Below, piece by piece: positions 20,303 through 27,711 of a stretch of DNA of 64,000 nt. Numbering within the stretch: the stretch's first letter is position 1; each line of letters starts with the position of its first letter. Origin of the DNA: an uncultured virus (IMG/VR IMGVR_UViG_3300042445_003239) (taxonomy: Duplodnaviria; Heunggongvirae; Uroviricota; Caudoviricetes); the IMG/VR virus record IMGVR_UViG_3300042445_003239. One strand, 5' to 3'. The notes beneath the pieces are model-generated. The model had not been told where the DNA came from, searched no databases, and saw nothing but the letters and a program-made list of their open reading frames with translations. The translations under genes were made by a program, and so were the position numbers.

Positions 20303-20683
20303 ATGAATCTATCAGAAATTAAGCAAGCAGTTCGTGAAGGCAAAACCGTTCATTGGGGCACCACGGCATATGTCGTAACTCTTTTCGAGAAAGGCGGAGA
20401 GGAATATTGGAACATCAAATGTCCTTGGAATAATTACTGCTTTGGCTTGACTGGTGCAAATGATACACTCGAATGCAAGGAAGAAGACTTCTTCATCGTG
20501 GCGTATTGCTCTCTCCCTTCACACGAAGAAATCTCGGAACAAATTTTAAAATTTGTAGATCTTTGCCTAAACACACCTGAGATGCATAACAGAGAATCAC
20601 TGGATATGCTTATTGCCGATCTGCAGCAATACCGAAACACTATTCCCACATGTGAGGAATATATGGAACAAAATCTGCTCTAA
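20303..20683 (+). CDS. hypothetical early protein
   Basis: MNLSEIKQAVREGKTVHW. Confidence 0.65.
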   Translation: MNLSEIKQAVREGKTVHWGTTAYVVTLFEKGGEEYWNIKCPWNNYCFGLTGANDTLECKEEDFFIVAYCSLPSHEEISEQILKFVDLCLNTPEMHNRESLDMLIADLQQYRNTIPTCEEYMEQNLL

Positions 20684-20878
20684 GAACTCGTAACTCAAAT
20701 AACACTATATATTATGATCAACGAAGAAATTGAATTTAATCTTATTGAAAAACGTATTCGCGAATTGAACAATATTGAGTGTCTCGACGAAGATCAACTA
20801 TTTGAATATACCGAATTGCTTCGTCAGCGTTGGGAACTTATGAAATCAATTCTTTGGGGTTAACATTAAACTTATATT

Positions 20879-21184
20879 ATGATCAGCGAAGAACGAGTTG
20901 AAACACTAAAGAGCGTCAAATCTCGCCAAGCCATTTGGACCGAATGGATGCGCCGCCTTGTTCGCTGGGGCTGGTTTGCATGTTTTCTTGGGAACCATGA
21001 GTGGTATCGTCGCCTCTACGGAGGTCTTTGGGCGCATGTCCACGTCGAGGAACCTTGCTACTCCTGCATGTGGCTCAACTGCCCCGTGGGTGCTGATGAA
21101 ACCTACCGCGAATGGAACTGGCGCGGCACTCCAGAGTTCCGCAATTACGATTCAGCGAACGCCTCTGTGGAGGCACGCCAATAA
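20879..21184 (+). CDS. hypothetical protein; AT-rich N-terminus fused to first cassette
   Basis: RRLVR at 20951-65 is encoded by an attC 3' arm; stop lies in the loop of the next attC. Confidence 0.6.
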   Translation: MISEERVETLKSVKSRQAIWTEWMRRLVRWGWFACFLGNHEWYRRLYGGLWAHVHVEEPCYSCMWLNCPVGADETYREWNWRGTPEFRNYDSANASVEARQ

Positions 21185-21239
21185 CGACTATGAATACACC
21201 AACAGACTCCGAGGCGTTGCCTCTCACGAATTGTTCGGC
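21154..21239 (-). repeat. attC-like site 1
   Basis: AGCGAAC...GTG-GAGGCA-CGCC / GGCG-t-TGCCTC-t-CAC...GTTCGGC. Confidence 0.85.
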
Positions 21240-21456
21240 TTCTTTGATTCCGCACTTAACCTTCAAAGATTACAATGGAGGAACAATGCGTGAGTGGCGA
21301 ATCTTCTGCCAAAGCGGGTGCGGTGGTGAGGGGTTTTACTGTAAGACCAAGGCTGAATGCGTGGAACAGGCGTGGTCTGCTGGGTGGCGTGTTTTTAGTG
21401 GAAAGCCCAAATGTAATAATTGTCTGCCGAACAGGCAAGATCAGGAGCGGCAATAG
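21190..21456 (+). CDS. cassette ORF, Cys-rich (CxxxC...CxxC)
   Basis: ATG in loop of attC1, stop TAG at the apex of attC2. Confidence 0.6.
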   Translation: MNTPTDSEALPLTNCSASLIPHLTFKDYNGGTMREWRIFCQSGCGGEGFYCKTKAECVEQAWSAGWRVFSGKPKCNNCLPNRQDQERQ

Positions 21457-21482
21457 CCGTGTTCTGTATCGACATGTTCAAT
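21426..21482 (-). repeat. attC-like site 2 (57 bp)
   Basis: GCCGAAC...GAT-CAGGA-GCGGC-aata-GCCGT-g-TTCTG-t-ATC...GTTCAAT. Confidence 0.75.
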
Positions 21483-21492
21483 TTACAACAAT

Positions 21493-21804
21493 ATGAAAAC
21501 AGAATCAGACTCAAATAACACGGCGGGCGCGGTTGCTCAGGAGCGACTTGTTCGGTGTGTTTGGAATAACCTAGCGGCTTCGCTAATCTGCACGCCCTTG
21601 CTCAGTGGAATCACTGTATTCACATACGGGCTAGGCGGTCATGCTGACTTAGTTGCATGGTGCGCTGCTGCCCTCGGACTGTCCGTTGGATGGATGGCGG
21701 GACTGTGTGGCGTGCTCGTTGTAATTTCTTCACCGAACGTCGATGTGATGGCATCGCTGCCGAACGCAAAGCACACGCACCCGCCCACTCAAAACCATGA
21801 ATAA
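21493..21804 (+). CDS. cassette ORF, membrane protein
   Basis: QERLVR from an attC 3' arm (GTTCGGT 21550-56); two hydrophobic helices. Confidence 0.6.
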   Translation: MKTESDSNNTAGAVAQERLVRCVWNNLAASLICTPLLSGITVFTYGLGGHADLVAWCAAALGLSVGWMAGLCGVLVVISSPNVDVMASLPNAKHTHPPTQNHE

Positions 21805-21846
21805 AGAACAGACTTCCAGCGGGTTGCGTGATGCGGCTTGTTGTGC
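21759..21846 (-). repeat. attC-like site 3
   Basis: GCCGAAC...GCA-CACGCA-CCCGC / GCGGG-t-TGCGTG-a-TGC...GTTGTGC. Confidence 0.88.
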
Positions 21847-22075
21847 CGTTGATTTTGACGGGTGGCCTTTTGTGGTCACTATCGACCGCAACAGGATGGA
21901 ACGCAGATATGTCCTGAGAACGGTTGATACCACAGACGGATTGATGGCTGCAAGAAACGATCCGATGACGGGGGAAGAGTTCAGGGAACACTACGGATTC
22001 AGCGAGGAGTTCCCGCACGAATTTATTCAGCACAACGCCCAAGGTGACTTACAGAGTCCCGACAAAAAATCATGA
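21797..22075 (+). CDS. cassette ORF, hypothetical
   Basis: Start in attC3 loop, stop in attC4 loop. Confidence 0.6.
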   Translation: MNKEQTSSGLRDAACCAVDFDGWPFVVTIDRNRMERRYVLRTVDTTDGLMAARNDPMTGEEFREHYGFSEEFPHEFIQHNAQGDLQSPDKKS

Positions 22076-22127
22076 ATACACCAAAAGACCCAACGGGAGG
22101 CTGTTGTCCTCCACCGCCTTGTTCGCC
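22030..22127 (-). repeat. attC-like site 4 (imperfect stem)
   Basis: GCACAAC...GGTG..ACAG..TCCCG / CGGGA..CTGT..CACC...GTTCGCC. Confidence 0.7.
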
Positions 22128-22740
22128 ATTTGTGGTTCACTGCAAACGGTCGAAGCATGACGTGTGTATCGGCAGGCCGTCGAAATGGGGAAACCCGTTT
22201 GAGATTGGGAAGGACGGCGACCGGGAAACCGTGATCCGAAAATACCGTGAATGGGTAGTAACTCAACCGCATCTCATGGCTGCGCTGCATGAACTGCGCG
22301 GAAAAGTGTTGGGGTGCTGGTGCGCTCCGCAAGCCTGCCACGGGGACGTTCTTGTTTCTTTGGCGAACGATCAAGGTGAGGCACGGGCGGAAAGCGCCAC
22401 TCCGATACCTCATAAACTCTCTAAGCACATGGAAACTTCGACACACACCGCCCCGCCCGTTGTCCTCGACCACCTTGTTAGCTCTTCTTGGGCGATTCGG
22501 TTCCTCAAGGAATGTCCCACGGGATACAAGGAGGCGATTCGACGAGCAGGGGAACCCGTGGAAATATACGAAACCGACGAGACGGGAGATGTCCAGTGGG
22601 CGATTACGTTGGAGGACGGATTCTGGATGGATGCGCTACCAACTAAGGAGGAGGCCGAGAGTCTTGTGGCTGATATGGGATGGCCGATTATTGGAGCTAA
22701 CGTCGAGGTAGCCCACGAATCGGGCGAGAAAAGATCATGA
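22072..22740 (+). CDS. DUF4326-like domain fused in frame through attC5 to a second cassette ORF
   Basis: VVHCK...IGRPSKWGNPF...LRGKVLGCWCAPQACHGDVL; in-frame ATG at 22429 in attC5 loop. Confidence 0.75.
   Translation: MNTPKDPTGGCCPPPPCSPFVVHCKRSKHDVCIGRPSKWGNPFEIGKDGDRETVIRKYREWVVTQPHLMAALHELRGKVLGCWCAPQACHGDVLVSLANDQGEARAESATPIPHKLSKHMETSTHTAPPVVLDHLVSSSWAIRFLKECPTGYKEAIRRAGEPVEIYETDETGDVQWAITLEDGFWMDALPTKEEAESLVADMGWPIIGANVEVAHESGEKRS
22362..22483 (-). repeat. attC-like site 5
   Basis: GGCGAAC...GGT-GAGGCA-CGGGCGG / CCGCCCG-t-TGTCCTC-g-ACC...GTTAGCT. Confidence 0.82.
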
Positions 22741-22792
22741 ATACAAAACCAACTCCACCGCCCGATTCGTTGGGCTCACCGTCTTGTGGTGC
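22695..22792 (-). repeat. attC-like site 6
   Basis: AGCTAAC...GGT-AGCCCA-CGAATCGGGCG / CGCCCGATTCG-t-TGGGCT-c-ACC...GTGGTGC (GTT core changed to GTG). Confidence 0.88.
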
Positions 22793-23096
22793 TTCTTCCG
22801 AACCCGAGTGGAAGCCCGACTACACAAAGACCCCTCGCCGCGTGGTATGCGCTGCTAATCGGCACCGTGTGAACAAGCTGCTAATCATCTGCGGTGCTCG
22901 GCACTGGGACAAGCTCATGAGGGTGCAAGCCAATGCTATGGGTCACGACTTCAAAGCATGGGATCAAGGATTCGTGGATCAGTTCGGGGACTGGATGACC
23001 CGTGAAGAAGCGTGGATCGTCGCCGTCGATCAGAACCAAGTCCGTCGACGCTGCGGGGGCGATGGCGAGCGGCTGTTCAGCGAGAACCTTTATTAG
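22737..23096 (+). CDS. cassette ORF, conserved phage-type hypothetical protein
   Basis: VVCAANR...GARH.D...QGFVDQFG..MTREEA...LFSENLY. Confidence 0.75.
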   Translation: MNTKPTPPPDSLGSPSCGASSEPEWKPDYTKTPRRVVCAANRHRVNKLLIICGARHWDKLMRVQANAMGHDFKAWDQGFVDQFGDWMTREEAWIVAVDQNQVRRRCGGDGERLFSENLY

Positions 23097-23149
23097 CACA
23101 ACAGCCAAGCACAGGCACGCCCAGCGTTGCTTGATGCGGAATGTTCGGA
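23096..23149 (-). repeat. attC-like site 7 (54 bp)
   Basis: GCACAAC...GCA-CAGGCA-CGC-cca-GCG-t-TGCTTG-a-TGC...GTTCGGA. Confidence 0.85.
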
Positions 23150-23164
23150 ACAACAAACAATAAA

Positions 23165-23362
23165 ATGAACCAACACCTCAAGAAAACAATCACAAAGATA
23201 CGTCGTCAGCGAAGAAACGGAAGGTCTAACAAGAAAAGCATTCAAAAAGGACACGTCCACAAATGGAATCTCGGATGCACAATCATTATCGGGAAAAGAA
23301 CCCCCATGAGGTATCATTGGTGCTATTGCGGAGACCATAGAACAACTGAAATAAACTCATGA
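23165..23362 (+). CDS. cassette ORF, small basic protein
   Basis: MNQHLKK...HVHKW...HWCYCG. Confidence 0.45.
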   Translation: MNQHLKKTITKIRRQRRNGRSNKKSIQKGHVHKWNLGCTIIIGKRTPMRYHWCYCGDHRTTEINS

Positions 23363-23425
23363 CTGGTCTCGAAGAAATGACAGACAAAAACAGAGAAGAG
23401 AAAATAGCAAGGCTGCGAGTTCTCT

Positions 23426-23517
23426 GCCGAACGACAAAGATCTGGCGCGGCGGGCGCTGGACTCCGAATAAACCAAACAGGCAACTTCCCGCCGTTGCCA
23501 GCATTCACTTGTTAGCC
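23426..23517 (-). repeat. attC-like site 8
   Basis: GCCGAAC...GAT-CTGGCG-CGGCGGG / CCCGCCG-t-TGCCAG-c-ATT...GTTAGCC. Confidence 0.85.
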
Positions 23518-23528
23518 TCTTACGAATT

Positions 23529-23726
23529 ATGAAGAAACTCCGCAAACTAAAAACAGGTAGCCGCCAATGGCTTGCACAACTCATGGAAACCGTAATCGGG
23601 GAATGCCCCGAACTGGTCGAATGCGACCATTGCGGGCGAGTAATCCGAAACGGGTATGTCTGCTGCCACTGCGGAAGCGATGACCCTGGTGAAAACATCA
23701 TCCGCCCCGAGGAATTTCTTGGCTAA
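23529..23726 (+). CDS. cassette ORF, zinc-ribbon protein
   Basis: CDHC...CCHC; stop TAA inside the GGCTAAC core of attC9. Confidence 0.6.
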   Translation: MKKLRKLKTGSRQWLAQLMETVIGECPELVECDHCGRVIRNGYVCCHCGSDDPGENIIRPEEFLG

Positions 23727-23852
23727 CGCCACAGCGCAGACACCGCCGATCTACAACCAAACAAACGACCAAAACACCAATGAACTCTGAATTGCCAAAC
23801 GATACCCAAAACACCAGCAACAAGGCGGTTGATCTGCCGCGACTTGTTCGGC
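23721..23852 (-). repeat. attC-like site 9
   Basis: GGCTAAC...GCG-CAGACA-CCGCC / GGCGG-t-TGATCTG-c-CGC...GTTCGGC; the minus strand reads GCCGAACAAGTCGCGGCAG...GGCGTTAGCC. Confidence 0.85.
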
Positions 23853-24124
23853 TTCTTGCGGTGGCTCAACCAGTGATGGAAGCATGGGCAAAATACCACG
23901 AACTGGACGAGTGGCATTGTCGCTGCGAAGACATGATCGGCACGGCATACCCGCGCAATCTCTGCCCCGTGTGCTGTGTGGAGTCCTCGATCAACTGGCG
24001 GGACGGTAAGCCGTATTACTACTGCCCCGATCACGGCGAACTGGATGACCTTTATTCTGAGCCGAACGCACAAGGTGAGGCACGCGGCGAGAGCGCCACT
24101 CCGACCACGCCCAAACCTCAGTAA
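23780..24124 (+). CDS. cassette ORF, Cys/His zinc-finger-like
   Basis: Start in attC9 loop; CPVC...CPDHG; ends within the partial site at 24061. Confidence 0.6.
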   Translation: MNSELPNDTQNTSNKAVDLPRLVRLLAVAQPVMEAWAKYHELDEWHCRCEDMIGTAYPRNLCPVCCVESSINWRDGKPYYYCPDHGELDDLYSEPNAQGEARGESATPTTPKPQ

Positions 24125-24256
24125 CTACCATGGAAAATCAAATTGGTGATGACGAATGTGGATATTGGGAAAGATACGAATATGATGATGAAGGCAACGA
24201 GATACTACACGAAAGCTTGATCCAATCATCTGTTAGACTTGAAGACGACGAAAATT

Positions 24257-24484
24257 ATGAAACATTTACAAGACATCCCTTGCTTTGATTGCGACGGCAC
24301 TCTGCGTGTCGAATATCAGAAGTTCGACAAAACGGTCGAAGGACAAAACTATGTTGTGGAGAATGTGCCTGTTCATAAGTGTGACTCTTGCGGAGATGAA
24401 GTCTTAAGCTCTGCGGCATGTCGCTACATTGAAGAACAGCTACCGCCTCGTCCACTGCGTGGCCCACGGCGCATCAAGGACTAA
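24257..24484 (+). CDS. YgiT/MqsA-type zinc-finger protein
   Basis: CFDCDG...VVENVPVHKCDSCGDEVLS. Confidence 0.8.
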   Translation: MKHLQDIPCFDCDGTLRVEYQKFDKTVEGQNYVVENVPVHKCDSCGDEVLSSAACRYIEEQLPPRPLRGPRRIKD

Positions 24485-24514
24485 AAAAGTCTCCCCAAGG
24501 AGTATTTTTGTGAA

Positions 24515-24570
24515 AAAAATGCATTTTTTCGCATTTTTTTATTTACAAGTGTGCATTTTTGTGGTAGAAT
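24515..24570 (+). promoter_or_regulatory. early promoter (PeSL-like family)
   Basis: AAAAAATGCATTTTTT palindrome; TTTACA 24542-47, TAGAAT 24565-70. Confidence 0.8.
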
Positions 24571-24592
24571 AATCTTGTAACCAAATCACATC

Positions 24593-24745
24593 ATGACCGA
24601 TAATAAAGAATACTACGAAATGTTCGCCGCCGTTCAAAGAGGCGAGATCACTCAAGAGGCTTGGGTTGACTACTGCATGAAGCTGCTCGCTGATATCATG
24701 GAAGACAACAAAGATGTCTTCATCCGTTTGAAGTACCGCGGCTAA
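24593..24745 (+). CDS. small hypothetical early protein
   Basis: MTDNKEYYEMF...VFIRLKYRG, 50 aa, after promoter. Confidence 0.6.
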   Translation: MTDNKEYYEMFAAVQRGEITQEAWVDYCMKLLADIMEDNKDVFIRLKYRG

Positions 24746-24768
24746 ACGAACTCTGATACAATATCATT

Positions 24769-25002
24769 ATGACCAAAGTAACTCCTGAAGAAATCGCGAT
24801 CCTTAAACGTATCGCTGCAATTGAGAGCATCTCCCACACAGTCGAACGGATGTGTAATGTTGAGGATTATGATTGTTTTTACTCACGTGTCCACGGTAAG
24901 TCTTTTGAATGGTGTGCGCGCTATGATAGCTTTGAAGACTTCATTCGCGATTACGCTAAATTCAAATATGAATGCGGCTACCAAACTGCAGCAAGTTGGT
25001 AA
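24769..25002 (+). CDS. hypothetical protein
   Basis: ORF starts at the repeat ATG. Confidence 0.6.
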   Translation: MTKVTPEEIAILKRIAAIESISHTVERMCNVEDYDCFYSRVHGKSFEWCARYDSFEDFIRDYAKFKYECGYQTAASW

Positions 25003-25024
25003 CTAACTCCGATACAATATCATT

Positions 25025-25273
25025 ATGAAAGAACACATTTTCTACGGCCAGCTCAACCAAGCCAATCGTCTCTTCATTCAAGAGAAGGCTAAGACTAAAA
25101 AGGATGGAGTGTATCAAGCTCGCTGGATTGGCTTCCGTGTCCGCAATGGTCAGGTAACTCACTATGTTAAGCATGCTGAGATACTTGCCAACTATGGAGC
25201 ATTCGTCACTCCAGTTGGAACATTCAGCAACAACGATGCAGCACTCAAAGCACTCAAAGCACTCAAAGATTAA
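25025..25273 (+). CDS. hypothetical protein
   Basis: ORF starts at the repeat ATG. Confidence 0.6.
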   Translation: MKEHIFYGQLNQANRLFIQEKAKTKKDGVYQARWIGFRVRNGQVTHYVKHAEILANYGAFVTPVGTFSNNDAALKALKALKD

Positions 25274-25296
25274 ACGAACTCTGATACAATATCATT

Positions 25297-25587
25297 ATGA
25301 CACCACACTACACATTCTGGCAACACATCTCTCCGATTCGCATAATGCAACGTCACGTCGAGCACACTGTTAAGGTTACTCACCTTGGTGGAGGAGTCTA
25401 TGGTTGCCGAGTATTCCTGAATGGAGCGCTCAATGCTGAGAATCGCTGCCGAGGCAAGGCGCATATTGGAGCTGCTTGCCGCGACTTGTTGCGCTGGGAG
25501 AGTAAGCTTGCCAACTGGTCTGACTATGCTCAATGCTCTCGCTCTCGCGGTGGTCGCAAACAAGCAGCTCGAACAAACAAACACTAA
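25297..25587 (+). CDS. hypothetical protein
   Basis: ORF starts at the repeat ATG. Confidence 0.6.
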   Translation: MTPHYTFWQHISPIRIMQRHVEHTVKVTHLGGGVYGCRVFLNGALNAENRCRGKAHIGAACRDLLRWESKLANWSDYAQCSRSRGGRKQAARTNKH

Positions 25588-25599
25588 TATCATATAATT

Positions 25600-25911
25600 A
25601 TGAACACGTCTGAAGCAATACAAATCATTAAGCGTAACAAGTGGAAAGTAGTCAAGCTCGACTCCGGTAACTTCAATGTTCTCCATTTTAGCTGGAGTGA
25701 TTACAAAGAATATACGCCTCGTAAGCTTATTGAATTGGCACGTTGCTATACGCATGACAATAAGCGTGCAACTAATATTAATCAAAGCACAAAGGACGAG
25801 CATAACAGTAAGAATCGTGCAGCAACTCGCGATGCATTGAATGTCGCCGACTATGACGCTATTCCGCTTGACGCTCCAACAAAAAGTGGTAACCGCTGGA
25901 ACTGGGATTGA
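25600..25911 (+). CDS. hypothetical protein
   Basis: 103-aa ORF ending RWNWD. Confidence 0.6.
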   Translation: MNTSEAIQIIKRNKWKVVKLDSGNFNVLHFSWSDYKEYTPRKLIELARCYTHDNKRATNINQSTKDEHNSKNRAATRDALNVADYDAIPLDAPTKSGNRWNWD

Positions 25912-25913
25912 AT

Positions 25914-26922
25914 ATGAATATTAACGATAAAATAAATCTCTCAGTTAATGTCTCTGTTTGGGGCTCAGTTTATGGCTCAGTTAGTGACTCAGTACATGGC
26001 TCAGTCTATGACTCTGTTAGGGACTCTGTTAATGCTCAAATGTTAGAATATAATTATGACTACTGAAGAAAAAATATTGAAATCTGTTTGGGTCTCTGTT
26101 GGGGTCTCTGTTGGGGTCTCTGTTGGGAACTCTGTTTGGAACTCTGTTTGGGACTCTGTTGGGGTCTCTGTTTGGAACTCTGTTTGGAACTCTGTTAGGG
26201 TCTCTGTTAGGGACTCTGTTAATGCGCAGATGCTAGAATATAATTATGACTACTGAAGAAAAAATATTGAAATCTGTTTGGGTCTCTGTTTGGAACTCTG
26301 TTGGGGTCTCTGTTGGGGTCTCTGTTTGGGACTCTGTTTGGGACTCTGTTTGGGACTCAGTACATAGCTTAGTACATGTCTCAGTACATGTCTCTGTTCG
26401 TAGCTCAGTTAGAGACTCGGTTAGTAACTCAGTTTGGAGCTCAGTACATGGCTCAGTTTGGAACTTAGTTGAGAGCTCAGTTGAGAACTCTGTTAACGCT
26501 ACAATGAAAGAATATGGATATTAAACGGGAAATAGATCTCTCAGTCGAAAAATCAGTTAGCGGCTCAGTTTGGGACTCAGTTAATAACTCAGTTTATGAC
26601 TCAGTTGATATCTCAGTTTGGAACTCAATACATCGCTCTGTTTGGAACTCAGTTATGAACTCAGTTATGAACACAGTTAACGCTACAATAGTAGAATATG
26701 AATATAGGATACGCAATAAATGAAGCTCTGTATGAGCATGTGTGGAAGTGTGTACAGAGTGAATGTAGACAAACAGCAGCAGATCAAACCACACCATACA
26801 TAAGCACTAGCGTATATGATTCGATAGGATTCAAAATTGACAATATACTTTGTGGGGATATAGCTCTTGAAGTAAGAAGAATTATAACGAAGGAAAAATA
26901 TGAATATCCAAGAACATCTTAG
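25914..26922 (+). repeat. tandem array of five SVxx-family mini-ORFs (25914-26066, 26056-26256, 26246-26524, 26514-26723, degenerate 26698-26922)
   Basis: 12-nt unit CTC(A/T)GTTNNNNN; EY(N/G/E)Y ends overlap the next ATG. Confidence 0.8.
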
Positions 26923-27658
26923 TTTTATCAAATATGACTCTAGTCTATTGTGCAGTCTTGTAGGTGGTAGCAATCTTTATGGATTGGCGACAGCTGACTC
27001 TGATGTTGACTATCGCGGTCTCTTTGTTGCACGCGCTCCCCTGCATAAGAGTGGGTTACATACAATCACAAATATTGTTACAAACTCACCACACGACGCA
27101 ACATATTATGAGATTGGCCATTATATGTCATTGCTGCGCAAGAGCAATACTCAAGTCATGGAAATATTGTTTGCTCCATTGGAGTCATTCACTTATCGTT
27201 CTAAGTTTATGATTGAATTATATCATCTTCGCTATAGCTTAATCAACACTGAAGTTTTGAAAAATAGCTTGCGCGGTTATGTCTATAGCGAATTAAAACT
27301 TGCAACGGGTGAGCGCAGTGGTCGTCTTGGCGGCAAGCGCAAAGATGCGGTGCAACACTATGGCTTTTCTCCAAAGAACTTTGTTCAAATCTTACGGCTA
27401 TGTGAAGTGGGTAAACGCTTTTTTGAATCTGGAGAGTATGTGGTAAATGTTGCGGATTTTGGAACAGAGTTTCATATGCTGCTGCTTGACATCAAAACAA
27501 ATCCATCATCATACACCTGTGAGACTCTTGAGAAGCTGGTATCTGATAGCTTTGCGGAGCTAAATCTTGTCATGGACGGCAGCAAATTGCGCTATGATTT
27601 TAACGAAAATCTTGCGGCAGAGCTCATTTTGGAGGCTAGGGAGCTATGCGGCAATTAA
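26900..27658 (+). CDS. nucleotidyltransferase (Pol-beta superfamily)
   Basis: GGSNLYGLAT.DSDVDYRG (GS...DxD), N...MEILF. Confidence 0.85.
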   Translation: MNIQEHLSFIKYDSSLLCSLVGGSNLYGLATADSDVDYRGLFVARAPLHKSGLHTITNIVTNSPHDATYYEIGHYMSLLRKSNTQVMEILFAPLESFTYRSKFMIELYHLRYSLINTEVLKNSLRGYVYSELKLATGERSGRLGGKRKDAVQHYGFSPKNFVQILRLCEVGKRFFESGEYVVNVADFGTEFHMLLLDIKTNPSSYTCETLEKLVSDSFAELNLVMDGSKLRYDFNENLAAELILEARELCGN

Positions 27659-27711
27659 TCTTTGCATTCACATTCCACTAATCATTTGGAACATTCGACA
27701 ATATAAGAAAT

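Larger units (their letters stand above)
20945..24125 (-). mobile_element. integron-type gene-cassette array without integrase (attC top strand = minus strand)
   Basis: Nine complete attC-like hairpins plus partial sites; R boxes complementary across each cassette; two extrahelical bases 6 nt apart on the 3' arm; visibly higher GC than flanks. Confidence 0.85.
24744..25299 (+). repeat. three copies of AAC(G/T)AACTC(T/C)GATACAATATCATTATG
   Basis: At about 24744, 25001 and 25272, each ending in the start codon of the next ORF. Confidence 0.85.

Noticed and set aside
21154..23852. Hairpins as simple terminators or REP elements
   Set aside because: No U tracts, ORFs run through the arms, and cross-cassette R-box complementarity with conserved bulges is not expected of terminators
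21075..24073. Minus-strand ORFs in the cassette block as the real cassette genes
   Set aside because: They cross attC boundaries and show no motifs, while + strand ORFs contain recognisable families
20945..24125. Complete integron call
   Set aside because: No tyrosine recombinase or attI recognisable in the window
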